Assembly: GCA_964016885.1 (NCBI GenBank)
Contig: OZ024743.1
Location: 15,314,001-15,378,000, forward strand
Reading direction: 5' to 3'
From: Eledone cirrhosa
Lineage: Eukaryota
Length of the DNA: 64,000 nt
Shown here: in pieces, positions 38,739-51,853 of the stretch
Numbering within the stretch: the first letter of the stretch is position 1
How the letters are laid out: each line of letters starts with the position of its first letter
Translations under genes and position numbers: made by a program
The notes under the pieces: generated by a model
Seen by the model: the letters and a program-made list of their open reading frames with translations, nothing else
Databases searched by the model: none
Told to the model about the DNA's origin: nothing

Positions 38739-41700
38739 TCAGATATTCAGGACGTATCGGAGGGTTCTTGCCGTTCCAAGCAAGCATGCCTTTTGAAGCG
38801 TTCCAAAAAGCGTGAAGGGGCCGATTTTCTTTAACCATCCCTGGAAACCTTTGGAGATAGTCCCCAGTGTGCCTATGACAATCGGGATCACTTTGACTTC
38901 ATGGCAGTTCCAAATCCTTTTCACCTCCCACTTTAGGTCCTGGTATCGGTTAATTTTCTCCCTCTCCTTCTCTTGCACTCTCGTGTCGAACGGGCAGGCC
39001 ACATCCACAATCAGGCACGATCTTTTTTCTTTGTCCACAACCACCAGGTCAGGTCTATTGTGTTCCAGTTTTTTGTCCGTCTGTATCCTAAAATCCCACA
39101 GCACCTTCACCTGACTGTTCTCCATCACCGCCTCTGGCCTATGCTCATACCATTTCTCAGAATGTGGTAGATTGTTTACTTTGCACAGGTGCCAGTGGAT
39201 CACCCTGCCCATCACATCGTGTCTCCAGCCCTTATAGTGGGTCTGGGCTAGGTGTTTACACTCGGACACAATGTGAGCCACAGTCTCCTCTCTCTCTCCA
39301 CAGATCCTGCACAGTGGGCTAGCCTCCTCCTTGTAGATATGGTGCTTCAACCACTTCGTTTTGAGGGCCTGCTCCTGCGCAGCCATTAGCATTCCTTCTG
39401 TAGCCTTTTTGAGGTCTCCTCTTCTCAACCAGTTCCATGTCTGTGGATCTCTAAATTCAGTTTTCTCAAAGAAGGTACTATGAAGGGATTTTCCCTTAAG
39501 GCTGCTCTTCCTCCTTGATGTTATTTCCTCCTTGGGTATCCCCTGGCCTACTGTCCCCTCCTTCAGTACAGCTCTGAGCATTGGCTCCTTACTATAGGTC
39601 ACGTATTTGTATAGGTTGCTTTTCTCCATCTGAACACAGTCCTCTATGCTGATAAGACCTCTTCCACCCTCAGATCTCCTTAGGTAGAGTCTATCGACAT
39701 CACTCCTCTTGTGGAACATGTTGTAGATAGTCAATAGCTTCCTAGTCTTCCTATCCATTTCTTTTTGTTCAGCAACATTCCATCTCAGAATTCCCGCACT
39801 GTACCTAATAATAGACACAGCTCGGGAATTTACTGCGCTTATGGCATTTCTGCTGTTCAGATGTGACTTCAATACGCTCCTAACTCTCCGAATGTATTCA
39901 GTTCTTAACAATTCCTTCATTTTTTTGTTCTTTATGCCATCAGCCTCCAGAACGCCCAAATACTTGTATCCTTCCTCAGAGTCAATTTCCTTTATCATCT
40001 CACCTGTTGGTATCTGGATCCCGTTACTTCTGCTCAACCTACCCCTCCTCATCACAATGACTCCACATTTACCAATACCAAACTGCATACATATATCACT
40101 GCTGAAAATACGGACAGTGTCAACAAGCACATCCAACTCCTTCTCACTTTTCCCGAAGAGCTTAAGATCGTCCATGAAGAGGAGGTGATTGATGGTAAGC
40201 TCTCCCCTTCCCAACTTGTATCCTGCTCTCACTTTTCGCAGCATAATGGTCAAGGGCATCAGGGCAAGGACAAACAACAGAGGGGACAGGCTATCTCCCT
40301 GGAAGATACCTCTCTTGATCTTCACGCTTCCCAAGGATACTCCAGTTGATGTCAACTCTGTCTCCCAGGACCCCATACTCCTGCCCAGCAACTGTCTGAT
40401 GTTATCTGCCACCCTGAAGATCTCCAGGCTTTTGGTGATCCAGGAATGAGGCACCATGTCAAATGCCTTTCTGTAGTCTATCCATCCCATGGCAAGATCA
40501 GTGTGTCTCCTCCTGCAATTCCCCATTACCATCTTATCAATAAGCAACTGGTCCTTTGTACCACGTGACTTCTTTCGGCATCCTTTCTGTTCGTCCGGCA
40601 ACAAGTTGTTTGTGTGGAGGTGATGGTAGATTTCCTCAGACACAATGCTCGTCAACAGTTTCCACATTACGGGCAGACATGTGATAGGTCTATAGTTGGT
40701 AACATCATTACCCTTGATTCGGTCTTACATTATCAGAACTGTGGTACCTTTTGTCAACCACTCTGGCACCTCACCCGACACCAAGCAGTCATTGAACATG
40801 GCCGTCAGCTTCGGGTGGAGGGATGTTAAATGTTTAATCCAATACCCCTGCACACCATCTGGGCCTGGTGATTTCCAGTTGGTTAGTTTTTTGGCTTGCC
40901 CCTTAAGAGTTTCAACTGTGATACTCAAATCAGTCTGTTGCTGTGCCTGCTCACCGATCTCCCTCTGTACTGTCTCAATCCACCCTGCCTGGGCATTGTG
41001 TCTAACATCCTGCTCCCATATTCCTCTCCAGAATGTTTTAGCTTGTTCCGCCCCAGGGATCAAGTCGTTGCTTCTTTCTTTCCCCTCAAGCTGTCCAAAC
41101 AGCATCTTCTGGTTGTTGTCGAACATGCGGTTCTGTTTATACTGACTGACTCTGTTCTCGTATCGCCTGATTTTGGCACTCTTTGCTACAATGCGTTGCT
41201 TCAATTCCTCTATGATAATATTTAGCTTTTTACTCCTAGTTTTGTATTTTATTTCCAGTCTATTTTTAGTGCCTATGTTTTTTAGTGTCCCATTCAGTTG
41301 TGACTCAAGCTTTCCTATGTCATTTCTCATTTCCCCGATTTGCCCACTCAGTCGCTTCTTCCACCACGGCTCTGCTCTTTCTTGTCTGTTGTTTCCTCTC
41401 GCTTTTATACCAAGTAGTTTCCTCACCGTATTTGCTGTTGCTTTGAGGATATTGTTGCACTGGTGAAGACTCCTCGCCTCAAGGTATGGGATGAATTTGT
41501 TTACCTTAGCTGTTGTTTCTTTTAACTTTTTCCTGTCTACAAATCTTAGATTCATAGGTCTCCCACTATCATTGTTCAACTCATCTACCACTAAATTTAG
41601 GATGTCAACCGAATCTTGTCCTAGCCCGTCAGCATTCATCTCCTCAGTGGCCGTATCTCTGTTCCAGGTATTATTTATCTCAGTATTCAGATCATTGTCT

Positions 41701-42131
41701 GCTTCGGGTGGTTCCTCCGTTCTCAGGACCTCCTCACCTTCATTTCCCGCCGGCTCGCTTGTCTGGCATACTACACCCGCCATCTCCAAGCCATTCTCTC
41801 TGCTCAGTTCCTCCAGTTCCAGCTCGCTTATCCACCCATTAGTTCTTATTACCCGAGCCTGCCCGGCCAATTTTTGTTCATCTAATTTAAATAAACCAAT
41901 CTCGTTCCAGATGTTATGCATCCGTCTCCTGTAGCCCCTCTCCTTGGGGTTACTTTTCAGGTAGCATTGCATAACAGTTCTATTCAATTCTTTCGTCCAG
42001 TTGGTTCTGGCCCCTTTCCTTCTTCTTCTTCCTCCAACATCAGCAGTATTTGGTTGACAGTCACGTTCCTGCTGCTGAGCCAGGGGGCACCTGTTGGGTG
42101 AGAGTCTGTCACATGACGTTCTAGTCTCCAT
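38739..42131 (-). pseudogene. RLE-type retrotransposon polyprotein (N-terminal DNA-binding region, RT, CCHC, PD-(D/E)xK endonuclease); one frameshift near 40725
   Basis: WTKELNRTVMQCY; WKSPGPDG; [24 protein letters not shown]; [18 protein letters not shown]; [29 protein letters not shown]. Confidence 0.92.
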
Positions 42132-42700
42132 TTCACCGTTATTCGAACTGTTTATGTTCGATATTTAAACACTCTTATCGAGGATTGGCGAATGTATGTT
42201 TACATAGCCATCTGTGGATCCGCCATCCCACTTGGCCCTTGTGTGGCATTATCACCACGCTGTATACGGACACACATAAACAAACAAACACACGGGCAGA
42301 AAGGGCCCCAAAAATGAATAAGCATAAGTTTCATTGTAATGTAGTATTCGAATGTCTGACTTAGTTTTTGTTTTTTAAGTTTTACTTTTTCCCCCCTCTT
42401 CTCTGTCCGTCCGCCTGCTTCTCTCTTCATTCTTATTTTCTTTACGTTTTTGGGGTTTCTTTTTTTGTTTTTGTTTTTCTCTGTTTTTCTCGTGTTTTAC
42501 TGTTGTTGCTGTGCTGCTTTTGTTGTTTGTTTTTTCTTTTTTCTTTTGAGTCTATCTATATATTTTGATGCCTTCCTCTTTGTTAGTAGTAGGAATTCTA
42601 TAATGTGGAAGTGGTAGCCAGCAGAGACTAGCGGCGTTGGCGATACTGAGACAGTGGTGGCGGTGATGTCGATACCGAGGCAGTGGTGGCGGTGATGCGA

Positions 42701-43368
42701 CCGTATTACTGTAGTGATGGTGCTGTAGCGGTGGCAGCAGCAGTGAAGGAGTCAGGGGGTGGTGGCGGCGGTGATGGGATAGTGGTGGTAATGATGGCCG
42801 TAGTGAGCGGTGGCGGTGAAGGTGAAAATGCTGTTGTGTTTAGTGTACACAGATGATGGGGTGGGTGGTGTATCTAGTTTCTGGTGTTGGTGAGTTTCGC
42901 TGTCCTATATAGTGTAGCCAGAGGAGAGGAGGGGGGGGGGGGTTCTTCTTCTTCCATTTATAGCCATTTTATTTTTTTTTATTTTTTTTTTTTTTGGGAT
43001 ATACAGTGTACAATACAAAGTTGAATATTTGAATATTTGAGCCGTATTACTGTAGTGATGGTGCTGTAGCGGTGGCAGCAGCAGTGAAGGAGTCAAGGGG
43101 TGGTGGCGGCGGTGATGGGATAGTGGTGGTAATGATGGCCGTAGTGAGCGGTGGCGGTGAAGGTGAAAATGCTGTTGTGTTTAGTGTACGCAGATGATGG
43201 GGTGGGCGGTGTATCTAGTTTCTGGTGTTGGTGAGTTTAGCTGTCCTATATAGTGTAGCCAGAGGAGAGGAAGGGGGGGGGGGGGTTCTTCTTCTTCTTC
43301 CATTTATAGCCATTTTTTTTTGGATATACAGTGTACAATACAAAGTTGAATATTTGAATATTTGAGCC
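42701..43368. repeat. Tandem duplication (~341 and ~327 bp) within the family A 5' region
   Basis: CCGTATTACTGTAGTGATGGTGCTGTAGCGG occurs at 42701 and 43042; both units end GAATATTTGAG. Confidence 0.9.
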
Positions 43369-43533
43369 TTATAACAATATATTTTGGGTCCGAATTTTTT
43401 GGGGCTCAAGCCGGGTGCTTTACGTAGCATTTGTACTAAGAGTTGTTATTTCACAAATGATTTAAATATGTTAAAAATTCAAAACTTACGGGAGCGATTT
43501 CATGAACTCCTTCACCTCGTGCGTCTTCTTCCC

Positions 43534-43586
<53 letters not shown>

Positions 43587-46500
43587 GAATGCTATGGTTG
43601 ACGGAGGCTCGGCTCTGTAAGGTATTGTAAATTTTGAACGCTATAACAATTGTAAATTGTTTAAAACTTAAACCAACTTGTAGACAAAAACACCCTCCTC
43701 CTCGTGAGAGGGGTCTTTCTGCCCGTTATTTGGCCCTTCGGGGTTAAATAAAAGCTTATTGGGATTTTGTACCCAATATTTATTTTAAACAAAAAAAAAC
43801 AACATGGCTACGAAAAAGAATTTTCATAGGTCACTCCTACTCATTCCGTCTTCTTCTTCCTCAATCGTCACTACAGCAGAGAGAAGATTGTCTCTCTCCC
43901 TCCCGTCTTTAAATGTGTCTCTCTCCCTCCCTTCTCTTTCGCAAGCGACGACAGAAAAGAAAAGTCTCGTGCAAAGCGTGCAAGATTTCTCCACGACGAC
44001 GACGACGACAACGAAACAGGTGTGCGGGAAATACGAAAACCCATTTCATTCGTCTGACGTCAGGAATAATAGCAGTAGCAGCCGTAATAACAACAGCAAC
44101 AGTGACAATGAAAACAACAGTAGCAGCCGCAACAGCATCAGCAGCAGCATAAACAAGCATTAGCAGCATTAGCAGCAGCAACACCAACAACAACCACAGC
44201 AACAGCAGCGGCGGCAGTAGTCGTAGTACCTGCAGCAACAACAAAAGTAACAGCAGCTCTGACGACAACAACAACAACAGCAGCAAAGAAAAACCAATCT
44301 CTTTTGCAGGTATCGCGAAGAACCTGGAAACAATCCTCATAACAAATGAGGAATTAGAGGAACCGAAGAAGATGGTGACAAAAACTGGACACCGAGCAAT
44401 CTGCAAGGCAGCGGAAAAATGTTTCGAAACCCAACAGCACTGTACGGTCACGTACCGTACAGTAAGTACAAAATCCCGTAGACTTGAAAGAGCGACGGAG
44501 GCTCAAATACAAAAAGCCTTGGGGTCTGTATGGCAGCGGAAAACGCACATCACCCGAGGAAAAAAATATGCCACCGTAGACGTACTTTTTGCCACACCCC
44601 AGGAGGCAAAGGCTCAATCCGTAGTGACCCTAAGGAGCGAGGAAATGGTGTTGGTGCCCTCCTACTGCGGGCAAAAAATTGTGAAGGTCAAACTGACCCA
44701 CGTCACCCCGGGATGGCCCCTTCTTGGCTGGCCGCGTCTGTCCTCGTCGGAATCGAGGACAAACAACTGTACTGCAAGTACAGAAAAAAGTAAGAGAAGA
44801 TTGGATCGGCACCTCCATTGAGATGTTAATCCAAACCAACCAGGAGTGCATCGAAGCTATCTCGGATGTGATAGACTTCGATAACGGCACTCAACTGCCC
44901 ATAAGTTTTTAGGGCAAACGCCCGAAATGCTTTCGCTGTGGATCGAAGACTCACCTCAGGGACTTCTGCAACGAGAAGACCCTGAGAAAGGAGAACAACC
45001 CCTCCTTCCGAAACCGGCTCCACGGCTACAAGCAACAGTACAAGCGGCAACCAGGAACGATAGGTCCGTGGAACCCATACCCACGCCACGGAAATCAAAA
45101 CCAGCAGCAGCAGTGGAAGTATTAACAACAACAACAGCAATACCAAATGCAGCTGCAACAGAGACTCCAGTGCAAACATCACCAACAACAACAAGTGAAA
45201 GAGTGGAGCTGGTACCCCTCCCCGAGCTCAGAGAATCAGACATGGAGTGTGAGGTGGGAGAGGGATGGCAAAAGGTCTTAAGAAGGCACAAACGCAGAAG
45301 TAGCGCATCGTCGCCTTTGAAAAGGGAGGAAAGAAATGAAAAAAAGGTAAAGTCTACTGCAAATAGACTCACAGCAATAACACCACCAACACCATCACCA
45401 CCCACACTAGCACCACCATCACCACCGGCGACAACCCCACCGCCAACAACACCTCCAACACCACCACCACAAGCACCAACATCGCAAACACAACAACAAA
45501 ACACACACACCCAGCAACAACGACAAGAAAATAGCAGAACCACACCCCACCCCCAGAAAAACAAATGCACGGCAATAAATACACACAACAAGAAACTAAT
45601 GACGTACATAATTGAACACAGAGACATTTCACAACACGACTACATAATACCAGCACCAATCAAAACGCCAACTAACATAAGACTGCTAAAAATAGCACAG
45701 AAACAATACACAAACATCAAAACGAAATTCCCCAACGCAGTTGCTGATTTCAGGGACCTAGGAGGAACTATCAACTGAAGAGTATATTCGGACATACTCA
45801 TAGAAGAGCCGACGACCAGCCGAAGGGACGATTCAGCGGTCCCTTCACCAGACGTTCAAGTGAAAAGGGATGTAAAAACCATCCCTCCTCTCCGAAAAGT
45901 ACGGTAAGTGGTCTTTCCCATCTTTTCCACTCTATTTTAAACATGACCTCACTCAGAATAGGCAGCATAAATGCGCGTGGCTTGGGGTCGTCATGGAAGC
46001 AAGGTCACCTGCTCAACGACCTCAGGTCACTAAACATAGATGTAGTGGCCATCAGGGAGACCAGAATCTCCGAAGCACGGGCCTTCGCACCGATCTTCGG
46101 CGGCTACGATGTGTACACATCTCCCAGCCGTCCTGGATCGGGGGGAGGAGTTGCTGTGCTTTTTCGGAGAGGTTTGGATCTCGCCATACGCGCCATCTTC
46201 CTGGACCCAGAGGGTAAGTTGGTGGTGCTGGACGTGACCAGCGGAGACGGGCAAGCTTTCAGGCTAGTGGCCGTATATGCCCCGACAGGAGCAGGGCGGC
46301 CTGATTTCTTCCGGCGTCTGGAGACCTTTCTTGGAACGTCCCGCTCTTTAGTGTTAGTGGGCGACTGGAACGGGATCTTAGATGCACGCTGGGACTGTGG
46401 GGGATTAGCGGATAGGGGTGGAGGGTACAAGAGCCTCACCAACCTGCTCAGGCGTTTTGAACTGTCTGACAGGTACCGATTGGATGTCCCGAGTATGCCA

Positions 46501-49500
46501 ATGTGGACTTGGACAAATCGCATAGGGTCATCCAGATCAGGGAAATAGATAGGTCTAGCATAGGCTGTCCACAATTCAAGATAGTCAGATACACGGACCA
46601 CAAATTAGTGATCTGTGTGCTTGACTTAGATAGGCTTCATAGACGAGGACCCGGCTACAGGAAGCTAAACGCGTCCTTACCAGCGCGCAAGGTCTACAGA
46701 GACCGGATTAGCGAACTAGTTAAGCGGGCGTTGACGGGGGCCATCGTCAACAACAAGTGGTGGTTTGCTCTGAAAAGAGCGATTAGAATAGAATCGATTA
46801 GGTTTAGTAAGGCTTTAGCAATAGAGAAAAATAGAGCAGAGGGAGAATGAGTTTGAAAATTAGACGAGGCGCTTAGCAAAGGCATCGCGACCGACGTGCT
46901 GCGGAGAAATTGGCCCTTGACCAATTCTTCAATGCAAATCACGAAGGCTGCGTTGTCAGAACAAGGGTGCGTGCTCTCAGACACGAGGGGACGAAAGCCG
47001 TTCAATGGGCCCGAGTGGCGGAGGCGCGTCGTGGCAACAAAGTCACGATCCGGTCTTTGGTGGACCACGACGGGCGCATGCTACTCGATCCCGGGCAAAT
47101 GTGTGAAGCTTTTCAGCGACACTTCGCTCAGCTGTTCGGGGGCAGCGATGGGCTGGGGTCGAAGGATGGAATTTAGTGTCTACCCCGACGGACTGCCGCG
47201 GCTCTCGGCCACTGAGGCGAAGTGTTGCGAAAAGCCGATAACAGACGCTGAAGTAAGGGAGGCAATGACTGGCTGCACAAGGGGTAAATCGCCTGGTTTG
47301 GATGGTCTGCCCTATGAACTTTACGTACAGATACCAGACTTGTTCGGAGGCCTCTTGGCGGACGTCTACTGCAACTGGCAACAGAACGGGAGAATTCCCA
47401 GTTCTGTGAGCCGAGGAGCGGTGGCACTGCTGAGAAAGGATCCGAACAAGGGGGATAACATAGATAATTTCCTGCCCATAACTCTGCTAAACAGAGTTCA
47501 AGATTTTGGCCAAGGTGCTAGCAAAGAGTTGGCGCTTGTCGTTGGTGGACTGGTGGGAGAGGCGCAGACATGCGCCATTCCCGACAGATCCATACACGAC
47601 AACCTCCAACTCATGCGATACATCGTAGAGAGGGTAGCTAAGGAACCTGGCACGGGTGGGTCCTTGATCAATTTAGATCAGTCGAAAGCTTTCGATAGGG
47701 TCGACCATCGTTACCTAGCGGATGTCCTGAGAGCGGCTGGCTTTGGGCCCGTCTTCAGAGGCTGGATCGCTGCCATGCACAGCGACATCTGCTCTGTAGT
47801 GAGAGTGAGCGGTCACCTTTCGGAACCGTTCAACATCATGCGCTCGGTCCGCCAAGGATGTACCCTCTCGTCCCTCTTGTACGTATTGACTCTCGAGCCA
47901 TTACTGCATAAACTGGAGACGTTGAGGGGCGTCCGGCGCGAATTAGGATGCGGAAGATCCGTGTCAGCATATGCGGACGATGTCACTGTAGAGGTGTCGA
48001 ACTCCAAACACATCGAGGCGATCGGCACTACACTAAGAGAATACGAAGCTGTGACAGGAGCAATGATCAACCAGGAAAAGTCAGTGGGCCTGCAGCTCGG
48101 CACCTGGAGAGGCAGGTCCATGCCGTCCAACAGCGCCGTCGGACGCTGGACGAATGGACCGGTTAAATTGCTAAGGTTCTGGTTCGGTCCGGACCTCCAG
48201 ACGGACAAAAAACTGGGACGAGGTGATGAGCAGGGTGGCTTCTCTCACCCAGAAATGGGCGGAGAGGAAGCTATCCCTGAAAGTTCGAGCGGAGGTGGCT
48301 AACGCGTACATCGCGTCTGTCATCTGCTACCGCCTGACCGTCGTACCTTGTCCTAAGCCTCGCCTAACTGCGCTGGAGCGTTTGCTCTTTCGCTTTTTGT
48401 GGAAGGGACGCGCTCCGATGGTCAGGCGGTCCATCTTTTGTCAACACCCGCTACGTGGAGGGCTGGGCATGCCGTGGCTGATGATGCGCAGGCACGCGCT
48501 CAGGCTACGACATCTCCACCTCTTGCTCGACGGTGATCAGGTGTGGTCGCCGTTTGCTAGACACGTATTTCCCCAGCTCGTTTCCTTGACGGAGCTGCAG
48601 TCCTGGGTCAAGCGAAGACCGACAGGGAGCGGCTAGAGACTGGAATGTCTTCAGGCGCTCACAGCGCTCGACCAATCGGGCAATGTGATCGGTGGAAACT
48701 CCACCTCGGCGTTCTATAGAGGATTAGATGTGGGGAAGAGCGACGACGTACTTGGGGAAACTCTAGGCGTCGACGAAAATCAACTAGCCAATCTCTTCGG
48801 AAGAACTTTCGGGCCGGGGCCTATGGACAACTTCCAGAAATCTCTGGCCTGGCAGTGCTACCGAGGAGCCTTGCCAGTTCGGGCTAAACTCTAAAGGCAT
48901 GGAGGTGCCGTCAGCCGGGCATGTCCGAGATGCGCGCAGGGCGACGAAACCGTCCTGCGCGCACTCGTCCAGTGTCCGAAAATTGCTGATTGTGGGTTTA
49001 TGTCGAACACCTGCTGTCGCGTGTAGGACGGATCCGGCTATCATCTGAGTCCATCATGAGGATTGCCCCGCCCTCCTCCTTTAGCCGGGAAGGGCAGGCA
49101 GTTTTTATCTGTCTGGTGGCCATGGCGAAAGAGATAGTATGGTGGACACGTTTGAAAGGGCTGAAGACGAGCACTTACCTCTTCGGTGATGCTCTGATTG
49201 ACTTTTTCAAATTTCATTTGAAAAGGAAAATCAGAGTAGAGAGGGAAGTGCTCTCTTCCCAGCATTTTGTTGAAAGATGTGTGAGAGAAGCAAGAATGGC
49301 CTGAGTGAATGGACCTACTCTGAGTATATATCTGTAAATTAAAGGTGGAAAACTGGGAGAGGGCACTTGCCTTGGTGGTCAGGGTCACTGTGGCATTTTA
49401 ATGGGCTTTCTCCACAAATGTCCCTCCGAAGTCTCCCCCTATTGGGGAATTTTTCATTGTTATTTTTTTGTTACATCGTCTTTTTTTTGTTTTTTACACG

Positions 49501-49583
49501 CAGAAATGCCCATTTGTACCGTCCTGTATTGTCCTGCACTGTCCTTAATGTCTACTTTATGTAAACCCTTGTGGTTAATAAAG
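43587..49583 (+). mobile_element. Tx1/L1-clade LINE copy 3, with an alternative 5'UTR/ORF1
   Basis: ORF2 (45943 onward, disrupted) and the 3'UTR match the other copies. The upstream 2.3 kb is a diverged paralogous ORF1 (CTVTYRTVSTKSRRLERATEAQIQKALG; CFRCGSKTHLRDFC knuckle). Confidence 0.9.
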
Positions 49584-49586
49584 TAA

Positions 49587-49636
<50 letters not shown>

Positions 49637-49844
49637 GGCGACCTACGTAGTAAATCGTATCATCGTGAGCTCCGCAAAGGTTTGTTATTTCCGTTTGTTA
49701 AAAATTGTCATTTATGGAAAATTTTATTGTTAACTGTTTATAAGCGCACATACATTGTTTTCCGAAAAGGACACCCAAAAAGATTGGGGCCTTGTGCCCA
49801 CAATTTTAATTTTTATTATTATCAAAAAATTTCTTTGAAACAAA

Positions 49845-51819
49845 ATGGCTACTTCACCTCTGCACGAAGCAGCTGAAAGCCTTCCTCACAAAATAACACC
49901 TCACACCGACACCACCATTGTAAATGTTACTACGTTTGCCAACACAAAAAAAAATATAAGCAGTAGCAATATTTTAAATTTGTCTCAGGCAGATATTCAT
50001 TTCCCGCCATTACCAATGACTGCAGGTGTTAAAGCCTCCACCACCACCACCGCGACAACCACCTCCACCACCACCGCGACAACAGAAACAAAAGCAGAAA
50101 AAAATAAATTAACTCGTGATGTCGAAACGAAATCAAGCAAAATGGACTCTTCCCCACCAAAGACGACTGACGTCACCACCACCACAACTGAAACTAAAAT
50201 TAATATTAACGATAGCAACAACAACAACAATGACATTATAACCCCCCCCCCTCAGTTTCGCCAGAGTAGCAAAACAATTCGAAGCTTTTACGGTAACTCA
50301 GGAAGATTTAGAAAATGCCAAACAAATGGTAAAGAAAGATGGGTACAGGGTCAGCCTAACCCCCCCACCTAATAAAATGGAGCATCGGCGCCTATGCACC
50401 GTGTCGTATAGAACAATAAATGTAAAATCGCGCCGAGTGGTACGGGCATCCGAGTCTCAAATCCCAAAAGCTTTGGGACATGTGTGGGCAAGAAAAACCC
50501 ACATCAGACGTGGGCAAAAATTATGGAACCGTGGACGTGTTCTTTGAAACACCAGAGGAGGCTAGAGAACACTCCATGGCGCCATTAAAAAGTGACGACT
50601 TCACACTCGTCCCAAGCTATTGTGGCCAGAGACTCGTAAAGATCAGGGTGACCCACGTTCCACCGGCCATCGAAATTCCCTGGCTAATAGCGGCCGTCCT
50701 CGCCGGCATCGAAGCCAACACGAAAATAATAGCAATAGCAAAAGAAAAGCAGGAAAAGTGGTCCGGATCTGGGATGGAGCTCCTGATCCAAGCGGACCAA
50801 AAAAGCATTGAGGAGATCCCAGAGGTAATAGACCTCACTGACGGCAGCCACCACACGGTAATTGTCGAGGGCAGAAGACCTAGGTGTGTCGTTTGTGGTG
50901 AAGGAACCCACCTAAGGGCTTTTTGCCCTCAGGCTAAAAGGTTGAGGAAACCTCTCCTACCCAGCCCAGTGACACAACCATCAACACCAAAAGTAGCAGA
51001 GATGACAGCAACAACTGTTGCAGCAACAATAGAAGCAACTATGACAGCAACAACCCCAGCAACAGTAGCAAAACCAACATCACTACCACCACCAGCAAAA
51101 CCAACACCACCACCACCCAACGCTTCAGAACTAGCACCAGCGCCTACACCATCCACCACACCACAACCAAAACTAACGGCTGTGGAGGATTTTCCACTCC
51201 CCGGCCTATCACACCTGGAGACAGATTGTGACGACGAGGAGTGGGAAACGATATCCGGAAAAAAAAAGAAGTCAAAAAAGAAAAAATTCTCTTCCTTCCC
51301 CCTCCAAAAACAAAATACAGAGGGAAACAAATAAATTAAGAAACAAAAAAGTTAGGACAGATATGCCACCATCCACACCAGCATCACCAACCCCATCAAC
51401 CCAAACACCAACACCATCACCATCATTAACCCCAGCACCACCATCACCTACACCACAAAAGTCACCAAAATGCGAAACAGAAACAAACCCACAACAAACG
51501 CAAACAAAACAACCAAAACGATACACACTACACAGCATTAAATTTGAACAACAAGCAATTATTACACTACATCCAACACAACACCAGCATCACAGAAAAA
51601 GACTACACAACAACCCCAAAATTCACACCACCTCCACACATACAAATCACTCGCATCACACAGAAAAGGTACATGACACTAAAACAAAAATTCCCCAAAG
51701 ACATCGGAGGCTTCCGACAAACACTCTCCAGGAGGATTTATAAGGACATCCTTCCTGAGGAGGCCACAAGCAGTGAAAAGGATGGAAAAACCGTCCTTCC
51801 CCTACGAGAAGTAAGGTAA
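49845..51819 (+). pseudogene. Tx1 ORF1 (gag-like; Thr/Pro-rich, CCHC zinc knuckle), frameshifted
   Basis: Pieces 49845, 50326, 50480, 51228 and 51544; CVVCGEGTHLRAFC fits CX2CX4HX4C; ends LPLREVR* just before ORF2. Confidence 0.8.
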
Positions 51820-51853
51820 GTGGTCTTTCCCATCTTTTCCACTCCTTTTCAAC

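Larger units (their letters stand above)
38663..43533 (-). mobile_element. R4/Dong-like LINE family A, full-length with long 5' region
   Basis: Single long ORF 42131 to 38739 with one frameshift; ~1.4-kb 5' region beginning GGGAAGAAGACGCAC after (TAA)n. Confidence 0.9.

Noticed and set aside
43688-43750. CCTCCTCGTG in the Tx1 copy 3 leader as an HDV-like ribozyme L3
   Set aside because: P3 does not pair correctly and no P1, P1.1 or J4/2 arrangement was found; it fits a simple hairpin.
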